Both the position numbers and the translations under genes were made by a program. The notes beneath the pieces were generated by a model. That model searched no databases. It had not been told where the DNA came from and was given only the letters and a program-made list of their open reading frames with translations. From a virus (Duplodnaviria; Caudoviricetes), in IMG/VR virus record IMGVR_UViG_3300005512_000161, positions 1-34,227 of that record: DNA of 34,227 nucleotides; one strand, written 5' to 3'. Below, in pieces: positions 32,088 to 34,227 of this stretch. The first letter of the stretch is position 1; each line of letters starts with the position of its first letter.

Positions 32088-32575
32088 GCAAGTACACACA
32101 GGGTGCTGATCGTGCGCGTTCGTTGCGCCACATTTCCGGCATGCTGTGCCGGATGGCGGAAGACATCGAGGCCGTGAAGCCTGGCGAGTGTGCGGAGTGC
32201 GTTCGGCGCGTGCGGCGCATGGCGGATCTCGTCAACGTCGAAGTGCCTACGTGGGAAAGCGTCGATCTGCGCCTGGCGGATCTCGAGCAGGCTGAGCGCG
32301 AGGCTGACGAGATGTTCGTGGTGCTGGCCAAGATTTCGGACGCCATCGGCGCGTTCCCGGCTGGCGCCCGCATGCTCGGCTACCGCAAGTTGCCCGCTCT
32401 GGTGTCGCGGTTGATCCGCGATAACGAGCAGAATTGGGCCATGCTCAAGAAGCACACGGACTCGCTGTACCGCATAGCTAGGATGCTGGATTTGGGCAGC
32501 GAGTACACGTTGGCGCAGATCGAGGCGAAGGTCGCGGAGGTGACGAATGGAAGTTTGCCTGACGGGGACCGGTAG
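32084..32575 (+). CDS. Hypothetical helical/coiled-coil protein carrying copy 2 of the 51-bp repeat
   Basis: GTG 32084 after GAGG; CAEC motif; three loosely repeated helical units. Confidence 0.6.
   Translation: MSKYTQGADRARSLRHISGMLCRMAEDIEAVKPGECAECVRRVRRMADLVNVEVPTWESVDLRLADLEQAEREADEMFVVLAKISDAIGAFPAGARMLGYRKLPALVSRLIRDNEQNWAMLKKHTDSLYRIARMLDLGSEYTLAQIEAKVAEVTNGSLPDGDR
32339..32389 (+). repeat. 51-bp exact direct repeat, copy 2 (copy 1 at 12363-12413)
   Basis: Base-for-base identical to copy 1; the bases immediately flanking it differ on both sides. Confidence 0.97.
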
Positions 32576-32888
32576 GGGTCTGGATGGCCTCGGGTTGAAG
32601 TCCAGGACTCGCATGGCGGTGGACTACCTGCTGTCGCGGTTCGAGAAGGCCGGCCTCCCTGCGCCGGCCATTGCCAGGCACGGCTCGAGCGGGAACGTGG
32701 CGAGTCTTCAGTGGCCGCCTGCAGACGGCGTTGGCGGCGGCATCATGTTCGAGCCTGGGCGTCCGCTTCCGTTTGGCTGTTGGTGGGATTCCGGCGAGGA
32801 CTTCGACGAGCTTGAAGAGGAGGACTTCGCCACGGCAGCGAAGGCGTTCGGTTGGATTCGCGAGCGCATGGAGGATTCTGATGTCTGA
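32547..32888 (+). CDS. Hypothetical protein
   Basis: GGAGGTG RBS before ATG 32547; overlaps both neighbours. Confidence 0.55.
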   Translation: MEVCLTGTGRGLDGLGLKSRTRMAVDYLLSRFEKAGLPAPAIARHGSSGNVASLQWPPADGVGGGIMFEPGRPLPFGCWWDSGEDFDELEEEDFATAAKAFGWIRERMEDSDV

Positions 32889-33114
32889 CGGCAAGACCGA
32901 CGGGATGCACCTCTACGGTGTAGAGGAAGCGTGCGCGGCTGTGGAGGCTGGCCACCCGCTCGCGTTCGATGCGCTGACTGCGGAGCAGATTCGCGCCGCC
33001 AGCCCACGAGCCCTGCGTTACCTGATGAAGGTGGCGCGCGAGCACCCGAACGCCAGCGGTCCAGGGTGGCGCATCGACAGCGACGGCCATCTGGTAATCT
33101 TGGGGTCGCCATGA
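32881..33114 (+). CDS. Small hypothetical protein
   Basis: GGAGG RBS before ATG 32881 (MSDGKTDGMHLYG...). Confidence 0.55.
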   Translation: MSDGKTDGMHLYGVEEACAAVEAGHPLAFDALTAEQIRAASPRALRYLMKVAREHPNASGPGWRIDSDGHLVILGSP

Positions 33115-33413
33115 GCAGCATCAACGACGAGATCAGGCGGAAGTACCCGGGCGCAGCGAAAAAGGCGGACATCGACCGTTCGAGGGCGGCAGCCATCAAA
33201 CTGCACTGCCTTTCGTGCAGTGGCGGCAGCCGTTCGGAGGTCAGCAACTGTCTGGTCTACGATTGCTTCTTGTGGCCGCTCAGGCCGTACAGGGATGACC
33301 GAGAGCGCCCTGACGGCACGGTGCCGACTGCCGAGGAGTACGGCGAGATGATCGAGGGCAGGACGAACAGCACCTCGTTGGCTGCGTTGGCGGCGAGCAA
33401 GCGCGATGGCTGA
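33111..33413 (+). CDS. Small Cys4 Zn-binding phage protein
   Basis: 'AIKLHCLSCSGGSRSEVSNCLVYDCFLWPLR' matches the recurrent phage motif AI..CL.C.GG...EV..C....C.L.P.R. ATGA coupling. Confidence 0.65.
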   Translation: MSSINDEIRRKYPGAAKKADIDRSRAAAIKLHCLSCSGGSRSEVSNCLVYDCFLWPLRPYRDDRERPDGTVPTAEEYGEMIEGRTNSTSLAALAASKRDG

Positions 33414-33603
33414 TCCAGGTCAGGAATCGGAGCGCGCCGCATACGGCCTCGGGCTGCCGGCCATATGGTCTGTCTCGATCTTGCTGATGGTGTTGATCGG
33501 GGCGCCGGTCGGGCAAATTTCAGGCACCATGGAGATGGTGCTGCTGTTTGGCCTATCGGCGGCGTCCATTGCAGGCGCCGTTGCGCTGTGGAGGCTGCCG
33601 TGA
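33406..33603 (+). CDS. Small two-TM membrane protein
   Basis: 65 aa with two hydrophobic segments; overlaps both neighbours. Confidence 0.5.
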   Translation: MADPGQESERAAYGLGLPAIWSVSILLMVLIGAPVGQISGTMEMVLLFGLSAASIAGAVALWRLP

Positions 33604-33839
33604 GTGCCCAGGTCGGAATCGTCATCTCGCTGATAGGTCTTGCCGGGACGATCATCGTGTCGCTTTGGCGCGTCGGCTCGGTTGGGCGTTCTGTCGGCGA
33701 GACGCTGATGTCGATTTCGGCCAGGCTGGATTCTCACGAGAAGCGGATCACGGATCTCGAGGAGGATCGGCGCCGCCGCGAAGCGGAGGAGCTCTCGAGC
33801 CTCCGAGCCGAGCTGGCGAAGCTCCGTGGCGACAACTAG
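33600..33839 (+). CDS. Single-TM coiled-coil membrane protein (holin/XhlA-like architecture)
   Basis: GTGA coupling; TM 'VGIVISLIGLAGTIIVSLW' then 'RLDSHEKRITDLE'. Confidence 0.55.
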   Translation: MSAQVGIVISLIGLAGTIIVSLWRVGSVGRSVGETLMSISARLDSHEKRITDLEEDRRRREAEELSSLRAELAKLRGDN

Positions 33840-33909
33840 GTGGCGCAGTTGGCGCCGATTGTCCTACAATTTCGCCCGGCGGTTCCTCCATTCCCCCTCC
33901 GCCTTCGAG

Positions 33910-33946
33910 AGGCGCCCGCGCCGAGGCCTGGGCGCCTTTCGTTTTT
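33910..33946 (+). terminator. Putative intrinsic terminator
   Basis: AGGCGCCC...GGGCGCCT stem followed by TTCGTTTTT. Confidence 0.55.
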
Positions 33947-33970
33947 CATGAGGGTGGCCTGGAGGTCCGA

Positions 33971-34227
33971 ATGGCCATCATCGGCAGCGAGAATGGCGTG
34001 AAGTCGAAGGCCTTTCACACGGCGATAGCGACGGCGATAGCGTCTGCGCTGGCCATCGCGGCAGGCGTGATCAACAGGCCTTCGCAGCGTCCGAACGAGT
34101 CGGTCAGGATCGACAGGCTCGAGCTCGAGCTTCGGGACGGGGCCCGCCGGGTCAGGGACGCCGAGGAAGACGTGAGGCGCCTCAGCGCGCGCGCCAAGCC
34201 GCGTCGAGAGCGAAAGCCAAAGCCAAA
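33971..34227 (+). CDS. Membrane-anchored hypothetical protein (3' partial)
   Basis: GGAGG RBS; MAIIGSENGVKSKAFHTAIATAIASALAIAAGVINR... is open to the window end. Confidence 0.55.
   Translation, partial: MAIIGSENGVKSKAFHTAIATAIASALAIAAGVINRPSQRPNESVRIDRLELELRDGARRVRDAEEDVRRLSARAKPRRERKPKP

Overview
GC-rich window from a contractile-tailed (myovirus-like) phage or prophage; the gene set and composition suggest a Gram-negative, possibly Myxococcota-like host (inference). 1-12.7 kb (+): tape-measure C-terminus, tube initiator, LysM/X, late-control D, spike, gp25, baseplate J, accessory virion proteins, tail protein I, tail fibre and a cement-like protein. 12.7-13.8 kb (+): holin and spanin-like genes with no endolysin. 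13.8-19.8 kb (-): recombination operon of Rad52/Sak annealase, SbcC/Rad50-like ATPase, UvrD helicase and SSB. 19.9-25.9 kb (+): RusA, an SF2 helicase and a 1106-aa Zn-finger/TOPRIM/SF2 primase-helicase, followed by an AT-rich, palindrome- and repeat-dense region that is probably the origin. 26.4-34.2 kb (+): putative RHH regulator, PD-(D/E)XK nuclease, a tandem-PLD plus HTH fusion, DUF550, a signal-bearing lytic transglycosylase and small ORFs. The most unusual signals are an exact in-frame 51-bp copy shared by two unrelated genes 20 kb apart, the double-PLD/HTH fusion, DnaJ-type Zn fingers inserted in both helicases, a GTCCGGT motif at several promoters, a recurring acidic DPW motif and a lipoprotein with a C-terminal TM helix. 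No tRNA, rRNA, CRISPR array, integrase or reverse transcriptase was seen. All family assignments come from reading motifs by eye; no database search was run.
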